Assembly: GCF_009914755.1 (NCBI RefSeq) | Contig: NC_060947.1 | Reading direction: 5' to 3' (one strand) | Length of the DNA stretch: 64,000 bases | DNA from: the human T2T-CHM13v2.0 reference genome, Homo sapiens | In this document: positions 13,296 to 26,805 of the stretch, piece by piece | How the letters are laid out: each line of letters begins with the position of its first letter | Position numbering within the stretch: position 1 is the stretch's first letter | Notes under the pieces: model-generated | What the model saw: the letters and a program-made list of their open reading frames with translations, nothing else | Databases searched by the model: none | Told to the model about the DNA's origin: nothing | Program-made: the position numbers and the translations under genes

Positions 13296-16200
13296 TATGG
13301 CAAATATTTTATTTGAATGTTGCTCTATGTAAGATGTACTTCATTTTTAGAATAAAGTGATTTGAAATATATTACAGTTGGGGGAATTACACAGATAATA
13401 CACACCCACTATAGTATACATCTAAGAAAAATATAACTAGGAAGTTTCATTTCTGTCCCCAAACAGTATGTTATACAATCCAAAGGTCCAACAGAAACAC
13501 ATTTGAGGAAGTCTGCTCCTTTAGGTAATAAACACTGTGTTGTCTTTTCAGAAATCTACTACCACTACTCCTCATTCACTAGAGGAGTTAGGGGTAGTTA
13601 ACAGATAACAAGTGACCCAAACTACGTAAGTTACTTGGCTAGTATATGTCCATGGAATTTTCCTTCCTTCTCCCAAACCCTATCACAGTTCTCTTACTCA
13701 GCCTTTCCTTTTGTTGTACTCTAAACAAATAAGAGCTTGGAAAAGGGTATAAGAAGCAGCATATCCCTCAAAGATCTTCCTCTCAGATACCTGGTGCTCC
13801 TCTACAATTGACATTTGTGGATACAGAGTAATGGTTTGCTTTGTGCCTCTTACATAAATCAAAACTGTGATTCCATTTCTTTGCAAAGACTTACGGCTAA
13901 CGAAGGCTTCAGTTTCTTAAGTTCTGATGCTAAGTCCACTTGGTGCTTTGGAGTTCCAGTGGGGATGAATGAAAACATTTCACTGTGAACTCTGGTGATG
14001 TTACTAGTGCTGCATTACTTAATCATATTAGATGACTTCCATATTAGGAAGTCCAGGAGACACCATGATTGTTTGGAGATTTTCTCTGTTTCTCATATAG
14101 TCTTCTGTTTTCACCAATAGTATTAGATAGAAATTTAATTTCTCTGCCTCAGAGTACTTTGGTAAAAGAAAATGAGAGAAGGAGAGTTGGTACATTAGGT
14201 TAGAAATAAGGGTATAGGAATAGTTGAAGATCAGTATTTCCTTGTTCATTTTTACAGGCAGTTTGCCATTTTCATGTGTTTCATTCTATAGGAATGGCTT
14301 TGTTTTATTTCGTTTGATAATTGGGATATAATGAGAAATAGAATCAAGCTGTGAAAGTGTTCATGACAAAATCTCACTAAGTACTATTTCTTTGAATGTG
14401 ATGCAGATTTCATCAGGGGGTTCTAACCTTCTTTACCACCTTAGTCTTTAAGAACAATAAAACACAATCCTCAATAAAAATTCTAATCTGCATATTAACC
14501 AAGATTTTCTTCTCTTTGGAGGAGTTACAATAAAAATGCAAATAAACAATGCATCAATATAAGAAATGAGAAAATTTGCATTCACATAAAGCTTCATCCA
14601 AGTCTATGTGAGAAATATAACAAAATCCACATTAGTAAAGTCGAAATTCCTGAAGCCCTAATGATGTTTCCCTGAATTCTATAGGACTGGCATTGAGTGA
14701 TTCACTTCCTGAGCATTGACAAAATCAGATCCATTGTTCGTTTAATTTCATTATTTTTTCTTATACCATAGTGCCTTTTCAGACAAGAGTACAGTAATAG
14801 GTAATGACAAGTACAATAAAAATGATAATGTTCTTTGTTAACAATGAATGATTAAACTGTCTTGGTAGAAGTCAATATGGTTCCATATTCTTGTGAGTTA
14901 AAAGATGACTTTGGAATATGCTTCAACCATCACTTTAATGCTCAGCATGAAAAAGTTAGCTTACTAAACAATGCTTTCTAAAGAGCATCTGAAATAAATG
15001 CAGCAATCAGCAAGACATACTGAATCTACATCCAGAAAATTTCCGTTTTTAAATGGAATGAAGCATGTAACCCATGGCAGACGCATAAAATGGAATTCAG
15101 GTAAAATGGCAAATCTGACTCCAAAAAGAGCATTTTGATTCTGTTCAAAAGTTACATCTAAACACTAAAAGCAGCAAGGGCCTCTTCAATTTTCCATTTG
15201 CTAATTGTTTCTAATCTATTCTGCAATAAAAACATGGTGTGCTAATGGATAATCATTAAGAAGGAGAGAATGGTTTTCAGCTAGCTCCCATTCTCTCGAG
15301 GTCCACCAGTTGTACTTCAGATGCTCTGGTGCCTACTGCAGAGCTACTGGGTACTGTCACCATCCAGCTGACAGGCATAAGATTTGGGGTGTTTCTTTGT
15401 TCTAGAAGGCTCTGAGCTTTCACATTTCCTTTTTTATTGTCTGGTCCAAAGCCTTATTCAGGATTTCTAAACTATCTCTCATTAATAAGGAACTCCAGCT
15501 TGAACAAGACTAGTTCCCCCTCCACCCTCAAAGTCTAGAGTCTGGACTAATGGAAAGAAAGAAAAAATTCCACATTAGTGAAGTTGTGGAATCACAGGCC
15601 TCTACTCACAGTTAAGTTATCCAAGTTAAAAAAAAAATTACCTCAAATGTATTTCTCTTGGAGTTTTGTATTAATATTACGCATCACAGTATTCAGGGCA
15701 GAAATTTATCTTCCTATTTTATTTTGCTTAGGTGAATATTGAAATGATTGTGTATTTTCTGAGCCTCCTCAGATAGGGAGGAGGCAGTCAGAAGTGTGGT
15801 GAGGCTAAGCCAGCCTGGAATCAAACATTTTCTACAGACAGAAATCACTAATCAATCTTGTGTTAAATTGCTCAAGAAAATCCATAAAGCAGTTAACATC
15901 ACCTTGATTATTTATATACACAGATAGTTGAAAGTTGACTAACAAGATTTGGGAACAAAATATACAAAGCAGCTGATGCCCATCATGAAAAGGTGCACAT
16001 AAAATCCACACCATAATCCAGGATGACAATTTCTAAACTCATACCTTGTGTTCAGCCATCTATTAAAACCTTGAGAATGATAATATTTGTTTTATATTTT
16101 AATTCTGTATCTAGTCCCAAATGAATCATCATTGACTACTCTCCCTCACCCAACATTATGTAAACATATAATAAATGGAGTTGTGGTTGTGGATAATCTT

Positions 16201-18969
16201 AGGAACAGACATTCAAATAAACAGGCATATAATTCTTATTTAAAAGTAAACTGGCCATCTATGCAAAATCCAAATACAATTTGTATCAGAAAAATTATAG
16301 GGTTGGGGTGTGTTTATATGATAAGAGAGAGAGGAGGGGGACCATTTTAGTCTATGTTTTCAAGGCTTTACACTTCACTCAACATAACTGCAGCTGAAAC
16401 TTTAGTTTTTCTAAAGTCATGGTGGGGAATTCCTTACAGAAAGTCTCACAGCATCTTCTTTTGTGATTCACCTGTATCTCTGGTATTCTTTGTCATCTGA
16501 TCATCTACTAGTCTAAATGAGGTTTCATTCAGCACACCTCCAAGGCTGTTCTGACAAACAGGCAGCTGCCACTACAGCATCTTCTTAAATGGCTCCATAA
16601 ATGAAGTAAAGAGTATGGCTGTTCCAGTGGCCTGTTTTGGCTCAATGGTACAATCTTCCAGCTGGTGAATTCCCCAGTAAGTAAGCACTACAAGAACAAT
16701 TTGTTTGATTGATGCAATGAAGCCTGAAAATTGCTATGGCACAAAGCTGCCTCCAGATTGGGAGGAAACTTTGGCTAGCACAGTCCCTTGAAGACATAAA
16801 TGTTAAAGGCCATCTAACATTTTGTTTTGGCTAGGGCCCTCGAAAAGCTCAAAGTTACTTCAAATTATTAGTCAGGTCGGAAATGTTATATTCAATACAT
16901 GTACGAGTCTTTAAAAGACCAATCATTCCTTTGTTTCAGTGAAATTATTTAAGTGATTTTAGGAGATAAAATTCAGAAAAGCGATCAGCTGAAAAAGGGA
17001 AGTTGTTACAAGAAAGATCATTTGCTCATTGATCTTCAAACACTAGTTTGCATGTGTGAGAGAGAGAGAGAGAGAGAGAAAAGGGAAATGAATTAATTTA
17101 AAAAATTAACTTAACAAAAAAATATTCCACAGATGGCTAGTTATAGAACACTTGGCAGTTAGAAAATGCCAAGAGGGTTTCCCACATAAGGCTGAGAAAA
17201 AAATGAGTTTATTTCTTTTTAAAAGAAGCAGTGGCAGAAGGACCAAGAAACAGAAGAAAAAAGATAGAGATGGAAAATCTGAACCTCCCTCTACCAATAG
17301 CCAACAATGGTCTGATTACAAGAATTTAGGAAACATACTACTTATTTTGGCTCAAAGAAGTCCAAAGGAAGTTCCCTTCTCATCCTTTTCCACCTTCCTC
17401 ACCACTGCTCCATTCAATTTTATACCTATGTTGTTTTTAAACTCAGTATGCACTGACCTTAATACTCAAGGGTATGCTCGGTCCAATGAGCTCTCTGGAA
17501 GTGAGGGAACACAACCAAGATCTTTGTTTGTAGGAAAGGGGTTCTCAGTGACCTAGAGTTTGCTCCTTTAGTCCCTTCATAGTCTTCTACCCTGGAGAGT
17601 AGATTATATCCCAGTTTCCAGAGATCACCCCAAAACAAGATCCAGGTCTCACTTAAACCTAAGATTCCTCCACTCAAAACTAATTTGAAGGAACAAAGTG
17701 AGGCTGTCTGCTTCTCCTTGAACCTGTGAGGCCTTAGAATCTGTGTCAATTCTTCTTCAAGTATCATAGGGATTCCACGGCTACCTGGGGTTCAGCTCGA
17801 GCCAAGGCTCTAATGATCTCAATTTATTATTGATTTGACTGTGTAATTAAGTTACTTTAATCCTTGTGCACTGAACAACCAGTGTCCTTACTGCAAGTGT
17901 TCCTGACTGGATAGAGGAGATAGTAGGGGAGCTGTTTCCTGTGCCTTTTAAGCAGACACAGGCAAAATAATTTTGGAAGATTTTGTAAACACTTAGAATA
18001 TGTGTATCTGCAATATATCTTTCTGGCTGGGCCTTTGGAAATATATCAAAAGCGTCTAGCGTACTTTAGTTAATGCCTAAGCATTAACTCTGAACACAGG
18101 GATAATATTAAAAGCATTTCATTCGTATTTATGAAAAACATGTAGATTTTTTGCAGTAGATTATATTTCAGTATTCTGTAAGTGCTTGTCAGATGAAGGC
18201 AGTTTAACTGAGATGTAGTGGCACTTAATTTTTGAAAAGAAAAGAGAAAGCCCCTACCCTCATGTAAAACTAGTGACAAAAGTGTGTGCCTGACCACTTT
18301 TTAAAAGAGCACAAGGATAAGACAGGGCAGCAAAAGGTGCTATTTTAAAGTAAAAAAGAATAGCAATCTGCTATAAAGAGAAAAAAAAGAAAGCAGGGAG
18401 CAATAATGCCATCAACTAAATTAGGGCTGACACAGGGCTGGGAGGTACATAATCATCTGTTTCTCAGATACTCAGATGAGAAGTGAAACCATTCCCAGTG
18501 TTTTCAAAAATTTTAACATGTATGCTATCACTAAGATGTTTTCATAGGGAGTTTTTGTCCTATGATTTAATTCCCTGGCATTTACATTGTATTTCTTCAA
18601 TTGTCTACATTTTGAAATCAAAATGTTCAAATGCTGAATGATGGTAGTCTAGACTCTCTAAACTGTCCAACAAAAGACATGGATTTTCTTCTTCCTGAGA
18701 AAAGTCTGAGTTGCTATATTATCTCATAAGCCTCATCAATAAGGATCCAATATCTGAGAGTTTTTTCTACATATAATACACTGTGTATTTGCATTCCTGA
18801 AAAGAAAAAAATGTGTTTTTATTGTTAAAATCTAGCCATATTCAGTTGTCAGCTAATGAGGAAATTCATGAGAAAGCTACATTCTCCTAAGGTATGATCC
18901 AAAAAGTACGTATGACAATAATTGAATAAGAGGTGCTAGAAAGAAGCACTTAAAGAAAGTGAAGTTGGG

Positions 18970-19210
18970 ACATGGCAAAGTGTACTGGAAAGAGTATTGG
19001 TTAGGAGTCACAAGACTTGCTTTCTAATTCCAAATTCCAATGTTGTCAATTATTTATTAGCTACGTGTCTTTTGGAAAACCACTTCATCTTTCTGGACAT
19101 AAGTTTCCTTATCTATAAGGACAGAATAATAAGCCCTTCTCTATCTCACAAGGTGTAGCAGGGATCAAATGAGGAAATAAAGATGAAAATACTATAAATT
19201 TTAAAGTGTT
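18970..19210 (+). mobile_element. MIR
   Basis: ggaaagag...ttaggagtcacaagact...cacttcatctttctgg...agtttccttatctataa. Confidence 0.65.
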
Positions 19211-19534
19211 AGATATAGGTCTATTTCAATTATCATATATGAACAGAATACAGAAACATATACAACTTATAAATAAAAGATCATTATTCCATTTCCTAAC
19301 ACTTTTTTAAGAATTCAAGTGCCTGATCTAGACATAAAGGTTGTACACATTTAGGTGTGAACAGTTCCTTGTTCCCAAAAACAAAAACAAATAAACAGAG
19401 AACAAACTAAATAGATTATTACTATTCAACCACTAAAATGTAGATTAAGAATAATATTTTAATATATAGAGGAATAGTCATAATAACGAGTAAACAGCAG
19501 GTTTGAAACATGGTATGCATAGTTATTCCAAATG

Positions 19535-19820
19535 TACATATATATCTTTATGTAATATATATGTATTTTATATATGTACACATATATGTGTATACATATA
19601 TTATGCTATATCATATATTAGGTTATATATGTATATTATGTATTTATACATATATATAAAATACGTATATATTACATGAAGATATATATGTATATTTGGA
19701 ATATATGTATACATATATAATATACATATATATTACATAAAAATGTATATTTGGAATATATGTATATATAGAGAGAGAGAGAGAGAAAGAAAGACAAAGA
19801 CAGAGAGAGAGAGATATACA
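19535..19820. repeat. Degenerate (TA)n / (GA)n low-complexity tract
   Basis: Long run of tatatatg/catata units ending in gagaga repeats. Confidence 0.9.
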
Positions 19821-20209
19821 CGAATTCCAGCTAGCCACTACAAGGATCTATAACAGAACATTAATATTGGTTTTCTCTTGGTTGGGGGACTTTGTAGATA
19901 CCTTTTTGTATTTTCCAATTTTTCTGCAAAGAACATATATTACATTGGTAAACAGAAAATAAACATACACAAAATAACTGTTCAGAAAGAAAAGCTCAAT
20001 TAGAAACTTAACATTCTTACTGAACCTGACTATAAGAGAGTTACAAAGACATTTCAATAACTACTAAAGAGACTTATCAGGATTGAGTTTCTTCATAGAA
20101 GAGGATCAGTTGAATTTTCATGAAGCATTGGGGTGGTGGGGTAAGATTCCAGGTGAAATGGCTTTGAAGTTGAGTTCCAGTCAACATTTGCCATACGGTG
20201 GTAGTCTGT

Positions 20210-20292
20210 GCCCTCTGTATGGGAAACCCTGCCCTGCACTCCCTTCAGTAAGAATACAGATAGAGTGCAGACCAGGGTCTCCCAACAGCAGC
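20210..20292 (-). ncRNA. MIR504: pre-miR-504 hairpin (5p 20259-20280, 3p about 20223-20243)
   Basis: Minus strand reads GCUGCUGUUGGG-AGACCCUGGUCUGCACUCUAUC-loop-GGGAGUGCAGGGCAGGGUUUC-CCAUACAGAGGGC. The arms pair and the 5p arm matches miR-504-5p as I recall it. A CNNC motif (CUAC, 20204-20201) lies downstream. miR-504 is a known FGF13 intronic miRNA. Confidence 0.95.
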
Positions 20293-20619
20293 TGATTCAA
20301 CATTCCACTCCATATTTTCTGTCTTCTGTTGTGATTCTATGTGGGAAATGGATGGCTCGTTGAGTTACCTTTTCCTTTTGAGTTATTCCACTTCAGTGAT
20401 GGACACTAACTGATGAGGGTAGACTGTGGCCTTGTGGATCAGTTCGTCCCCTGTAAACAGCTGTACTTTTGGACTTTACATAAATTTTTCTTAGTCTTAA
20501 AAAAAATGACAATTTAATATATGATAGGATTTCCATAGTCTTCCAAGAATTATAGGCTTATATATATTGGCCTGAAGGCAGCATGTTATTATATGGACTG
20601 TAACGGCAAATAATATGAA

Positions 20620-20855
20620 GCATTTGTTAACTTAATGAACTTAACACTGTAAAATGCTGTGCATGTATTATCATTCCATTTAATCCTCTTAAGAACCCTA
20701 TGAGGTCTATACTACTATTACCTCCATTTTATAGATGAGGAAACTAAAGGACAGATGGATTAATAATTCCTTTGCCCCAAATCATAAACCTTATAAGCAT
20801 TTGAATTGTGTTTCAAATCCATGTAATGTCAGAGCCCTCCCTCTTAACCACTACA
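20620..20855 (-). mobile_element. MIR
   Basis: tttaatcct...aaccctatgagg...ccattttatagatgaggaaact. Confidence 0.8.
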
Positions 20856-20989
20856 GGCATTTTAAAGGCAGATATTATGTATCATTTATTATGATGCTGC
20901 AGCCTGCTTAAAATCAGGATAGCAAAAGGTTGTTGCCACAGGGTAAAAAGGGGAAGAAGTGGGGGAGGGTAGTGTGTTCTATTTCAGAG

Positions 20990-21760
20990 ATAGAGACAAT
21001 GACTCCATTGTTGGTTATTTTGAGTTTAAAGAGCCATTAGTGATAGGTTAATGTGCAGCAGCCATTTGTATATATAAGCCTGGCTCTCAAGATGAAAGGT
21101 GTCTGCATATGGATGGTAACTGAAACCACAAGAATACATTTAATAATCTAGAGAACACAAGCAGAATACAAGACAACTACTGAGGCTGGAAACTGGGGGT
21201 GGGGAGGACATCAAACATTTCAGAAAAGACGAGGGAAGTGTAAAAATTAAAAGAAAAATAGTGATGGTGTAGAACAGAGAAAAAGCAGTGTTGTGAAAGC
21301 CCACAGAAGAGATGGTTTCAATGAAAAAGTTGACCAACCTGGTCAAGTGCTGTAGAAAGGAGAAATAAGGTAAGGACTGAAGGGAGAAATGGATTTTAGT
21401 TGGCAGTCACTAGCGACATTAGCAGGAGGAGTTCATGGATGGCAATGTGGGCAGAAGATAGAATGCGGAGGGCTGAATAATTAAGAATTAGATGAGAAAA
21501 TAAAAGCAAAGGTGAAGCTGAATAATTTAAAAATAGGCGAGAAAATGAAGAAAGCTCTTGCCTATCAAAGGAAAGAGACAGTCTGAAAGAGAAACTTAGG
21601 AGGGACTTTTTAGGATGAGAAGTCTTGAAATGATCTGTATGCCAGTGGAAAAAAGGTAGTAGTCCAGGAGGTAGTGAAGGTACAGGACAAAGGATAATTG
21701 ATGTATCTAGGTCCCCATGGCTTTGGGAAGAGATAAAATAAATGGAAAAAGAAGAGGAAC
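20990..21760 (-). mobile_element. Old L2 fragment
   Basis: Purine-rich antisense L2 motifs (ttttgagttt..., gtcaagtgctgtagaaagg...taaggactgaa...tggattt). Confidence 0.6.
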
Positions 21761-22849
21761 TTTTCTTTTGGGAGATGGTTGTTGAACTGAATGGCTTTTA
21801 AGGCCCTTCACAATACTGATGCAATTTCATAAAGGATGGAAAAATCCTACAGTTATTGTAGTGAGTTCTGGAAAACTAGACAGAGGATGTACTCCAGTGG
21901 TATCAGGCTGGCAATACATGGCACAAAACAATGTTACAAGGCTCCAGTGTACTTCAGACAACTACCAATAACCCCTGTGCCTGATGCTAAACCCAGACTT
22001 TTTTCAACAAATAACTGTCTCTTTTCCTTTCTTGTCTGGCTTCTTTTAAATGCTAAGTTTGAAATGTGATACCTTTGCATGAAAGCGGCATGCAGTCTAC
22101 ATGTCAGTTGATAAGAGTATACTGGAAATATTTCACTTTAATAATGTGGATAGGATCCTTCTGCCTCTCCCCTTCTCCCCTGGCCCCCACACCTTGTTCT
22201 TAATATCTCTGGATTCCATCTCTTCCCTAAAATACCTTTAGGATTTCTCCTATGTGCATAACAAATAACAGCATTATTTACATTTTAGCACTTCTTCTAA
22301 GACGTTTCCAGGTGCTAGATACAAGCTGTAGAAGAGCTTGCATTTTTTCCTTTAGATCTAAATAGTCTGAATCTCAGTATTGCTCATGGGAAACTGTTTC
22401 AAAGGCTGAAGTGTCAGAAGCAGAAAGGAAAGAAATGAGTGGGTGGGAAGTTCTACATGCAAACCTGTCACACTCTTCTTTCATTTTCAGACCTGAATAT
22501 GCATGGATGCAGAAATTATAGCTTATTCCAAAGTTTTTATTGTCAGCATCAAATTTAACAAAAAAACGTCAAGAATATCAGATTGGTATATTTAGGTGAA
22601 AATGTTCAACAGACTTCATCTTTAACACAAATAGTCCTATCCGTTAATAAGCCCTTTAATTCCCTTTGAATACACTTCAAGAGAGGGCTCCAGGCAAAGT
22701 ACACAGTAAAATCTCATTTATTCCAATTTCGCTACTTTGAAATTTACAATAATTTAAAAACAGAATAGGGAAGAAACTTGATTTTGTTTAGAGATCCCTT
22801 TATACGTATAGAACAAAATAATGACACTGAGAAAGAAACTTTAAAAATA

Positions 22850-23230
22850 CTTGCAAGTCAAATTATAAAGATGATGCATGCATAAGAATGTTTACCATAA
22901 CATTATTTTGTAACAGCAACAAAGAAAAAAATGCATCAGCAGAGGACTGGATGAGCAGATTATGGTACATACATACAACAGAATGTTATTCATCTTTTAA
23001 AACAATAATGTGGATGTACATTTATTGACATAGAAATACATGCACAAGATGTGCGTAAAAAAGCAAGTTACAGAACAGGTCATATAAAGTTATCTCATTT
23101 ACATACAATCAAGTAGATATATGTGTATATATACACAGGGAGGCATACAGGTGATAGACACTGAAATATCTGTGTAGTGAGTTTGGGGTGATGTTTTATT
23201 TCTTTTTGTTTCAGTATAAAATAAAAACTA
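22850..23230 (+). mobile_element. Old L1M (L1ME-like) 3' fragment
   Basis: aagaatgtttaccataacattattt...attatggtacatacatacaacagaat...gtacatttattgacat. Confidence 0.6.
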
Positions 23231-25789
23231 GAGATGAAAAAGTGCCTACGAACAAACTTTTCTGGAATACTCAACTTATATTTACATGTAAACAACTGAA
23301 ACACTAATTATATATCATTTCATTAATTCAAGTCATCTGAGGACAAGAGTTAGCATAGTTTGAGTTAATCTAGAAAATTCATGTAATTATGTTTCCTTAA
23401 AAATCCTTTATAAGACTGACCTACTTCATAATTAATTTTTAGTTATAAGTGGATTTTGTGTGTGTTGTGTGCACTGGAAAAGTTTCAATGCTGTTCTTTA
23501 GCTATGACAAACACACATGACCATCACCATCGCCACCACCACTACCACCGCCATCATCATTTCCATTATTAATCTACATCATCATAAAGTATATTTAAAA
23601 TATATTAAAATTGATTACATAACTCTTAGTGGAAATAAATGTATATTTCAAATACTCACAATGCTCCCTAGCAACAAATGTCAGCAAGTGATAAGGAATC
23701 AATAGTTGGACTATAGGAGTTCAATATAAATTAGGCTGAATTACGTCTCTGCTTCATATAGAGGGATACTCTTATCAAGAAAAACCTCCGGTTTTTCTAT
23801 TTATATTTACCTGCTTTTGGACAAGTCAACATTTCCTCATCAAAGAGTTGAGTAAAATTATGAATCTTATAAATACAGGCAACGTTTATCAATATCTTTT
23901 CCTCATACAGTACTTGGATATTTATCCATTACATTGATTGAGTTTAAACATTACTCTTGGAAGCTCTTTCAATGTCTGAACTAACTAATCAATTAATTAA
24001 ATATTGTAGGCAACATTTATTGAGTACCTAGTATATTCCAGACTCTGTTCCAGGTACTCGGGAAAGATCACTAAGCAAAATAAAGACCCTGCCCTCAAGG
24101 AGCTGACATTCTAGTAGAGGAAGACAATAAACAAATAAGCAAGTACGTATTGATTCATTCAACAAAAAACAGTGAGCAAAACAAAAATCCTGACCGCCAA
24201 AAAATTTATACTCTACTGTGCATACACAAACAATATACAAATAGGCATTTTATTCAATAAATGTACATTTAACATATTTAACATGACTTGATTTATTTAA
24301 ATGTGCTGTATAAATTATGGATGCATAAAATGGATATATAAATAATAGATAATGGGAGATAGGAAATTATGGTGACAAAATGCTATTTTAAATTAAGTAG
24401 TCAGGGAAGCCTCTGTGAAAAAGTCATATATGAATAGAGACCTGAAGGTAGTGAGGGAGTGAGCAATGGGGAATCTGGGAAAGAGCAGTCCAAGCAGAAG
24501 AAACAGCCAGTGCAAAGGCTCTAAAGCAGGGGTGGGTTTGTCATGATGTGAAGAAACGGCAGGAAAACTGATATGACTGGAGCACAGTGAGTGGTAAGTA
24601 AGGAGCTAGTAAGGGTTAGGGAGATGAGGTCAGAAAGATAGTCCCCTAGGCCATGTCACAGAGGGCATTAAATTCCATACTAAGGATTTTGGACGTTGAA
24701 GAATCCATTGGAGAAATCTGAACAGAGGAGTTGTCACATTATCTGACTTACTATGAACAGGATAACTGTAGAGCACAAAGTGGGGAGGCATAAGGATGGA
24801 AGCAGGGATGCTAATGAGGAGACTATAACAATAACTCAGGTGTGAGAGGGTAGATGTAGAAGGTAGAAGTGGAAGTGATGAGAGTTGGTTTAGTTCTGGA
24901 GTGCATATATTCTGAAAGAAAGCCAAAGATTTGTGGTGCATTGATGTGTCATGTCAGAGACAGAGAGAAGGCAAGGAAAACTCCAAGGATGTTGACCTAA
25001 GCAAATGGAAGGATGGGGTTGCCGCTTATTGAGATGGAGAAGACTGTGAACATATAATATTTAGGGAAGTGACATGAATATTTCTATTTGGGACTTGTTA
25101 ACCGAAATACGATAATCAGGCATCTACATGGAGAAGTCAAGGAAGCAGTTGGAAATATGCCTGAACTTTAAATAAGAATGCCAGGCTGGAGAATTTGGGG
25201 AATCACCAGTATGTAGACAGTGTTTGAAGTCATGAGAGTAATACACAAAGAGGGTGAGTGTGCACAGAGAAAAGACCAAGTTCAAGGATGAGTCCTGGAG
25301 CCCACCAAAGTTTACAGGTTAGGAAGATGAAAAAGAACCAATAAAGGAGACTTAGAAGGATCAGTCAGTGAGGTAGAAGAAAAGCTAAGCGAGTGTGGTG
25401 TCCTGAAGCCAAGTGAAGAAAATGTTTTCAGGAGGAAGGAATGATGAACTGCATCAACCACCACTGTTTAGGTCAAGGAAGCAGATATTGAGGACAAGAC
25501 ACCATATTTGGGAAGGTGGAGGTAACTGGTGACTTTAGGAAGAGTAATTGGGTAGAATAATGCGGGGAGGGGTAAAAACCTGATTGGAATAGGTTTAAAT
25601 AGACAGAATGGGAAGAGATGAAGTGGACACAATGATATACAATACTTTCAGGGATTTTGCTGTAAAGGGAAACTGGTAAATGGAATGGTAGCTGGTAAGG
25701 GATATGCAATAAAGGAATATTTTTTCTCATTTAAATGAAGCTGAAAGAGGAGACCTTGTGTTTAGGGGATACCAGCCAGTTACATGCGA

Positions 25790-26165
25790 TGGCTGGAGGA
25801 GGTGGTGTTTGATTTGCATAGGGCTCAGGGGATTGGTTTGACCAGGCATGTTATTTACGTAGCCCGCGGAAAAACTGACTCTTCCACCCTAGTCTTTTAA
25901 TATGGAAATGCAGGGAGCCATGATGTTTTACACACATGGGGATATGTGGGAGTAGCCATGCTGCCAAGCACATGTGGGGGCAAGGGCAAGGGGACAACGG
26001 TGGGAATTGCCATGTTGGGTGGACCCAGTTTTTCTTGGCTTGGATTTGCATATTAAAGACTGTCAGTTTGGGTTTAAGAGCCAGGGATTTTATGCTAGAC
26101 AAGAAATTACTTGGAACTGCAAAAAACCTTTTAAGGACCCCTTTTTCTTTTTATTTGCCTAAATC
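25790..26165 (-). mobile_element. MER50-like ERV1 LTR fragment
   Basis: Minus strand taggcaaat...aggggtcctt...ttcttgtctagc...atatgcaaat...aaactgggtccacccaacatggc...gcctggtcaaaccaatcccctgagccctatgcaaatc matches MER50 as I recall the consensus. Confidence 0.8.
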
Positions 26166-26654
26166 AAATGGGATAAATAACAGTAATGATTGTATGCTGA
26201 TGGGGTTGATATGGTGGAGAGGGATACGAAGACATGAGAGAGAGAGAAAGAAAGAAAAGAACAATTTCTAGACTGAGAAATTTGAGTATGAAATATGGAG
26301 TTGAATATACTGCATGACTGTAAGAGCTGGCCTTATATAAGAACAAGGAAAAGGATCCATAGTAACAAAGAAAAAGACAGAATATGGGTCACAGCTAGAA
26401 GTGGGTGAGTAGATATGGTGGTGGAGGTATGAGGCCATTTTGTTCTGACTTTCTGTTTTCTCTGCGAATTAAAAGCCTTAGCCTTAGGAGGGGGAGAGGG
26501 AGGCATTCAGGATTTCAGGAGAAATAAAGTTCAAAATAATTAATTAGGTTGGTATAAAGGTAATTTAACTAGGGGAATTCTAATGTAGTACTACTAAAAA
26601 GGAGAAGGTGGAAGAGGAGAGGGAGAAGGAGGGAGAGAGGAGGGGGAGAAGTAG

Positions 26655-26805
26655 AATAAATTGAGCCCTTACTAGGTACCAGGCACTATTGTCAGGTTCT
26701 TTGTATATGGGAATACACTTAAATCCCTCAACTCTATGACTATAGTTTTCTATTATTATCCCCATATTATAGATGAGAGAACAAAGTAAAGTCAGTAACT
26801 CATTT
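26655..26805 (-). mobile_element. MIR nested in L2
   Basis: ttgagcccttactaggtaccaggcact...attatccccatattatagatgag. Confidence 0.75.

Noticed and set aside
17152-17767. 134-aa and 102-aa ORFs
   Set aside because: No recognisable homology or exon-like splice context; compatible with chance.
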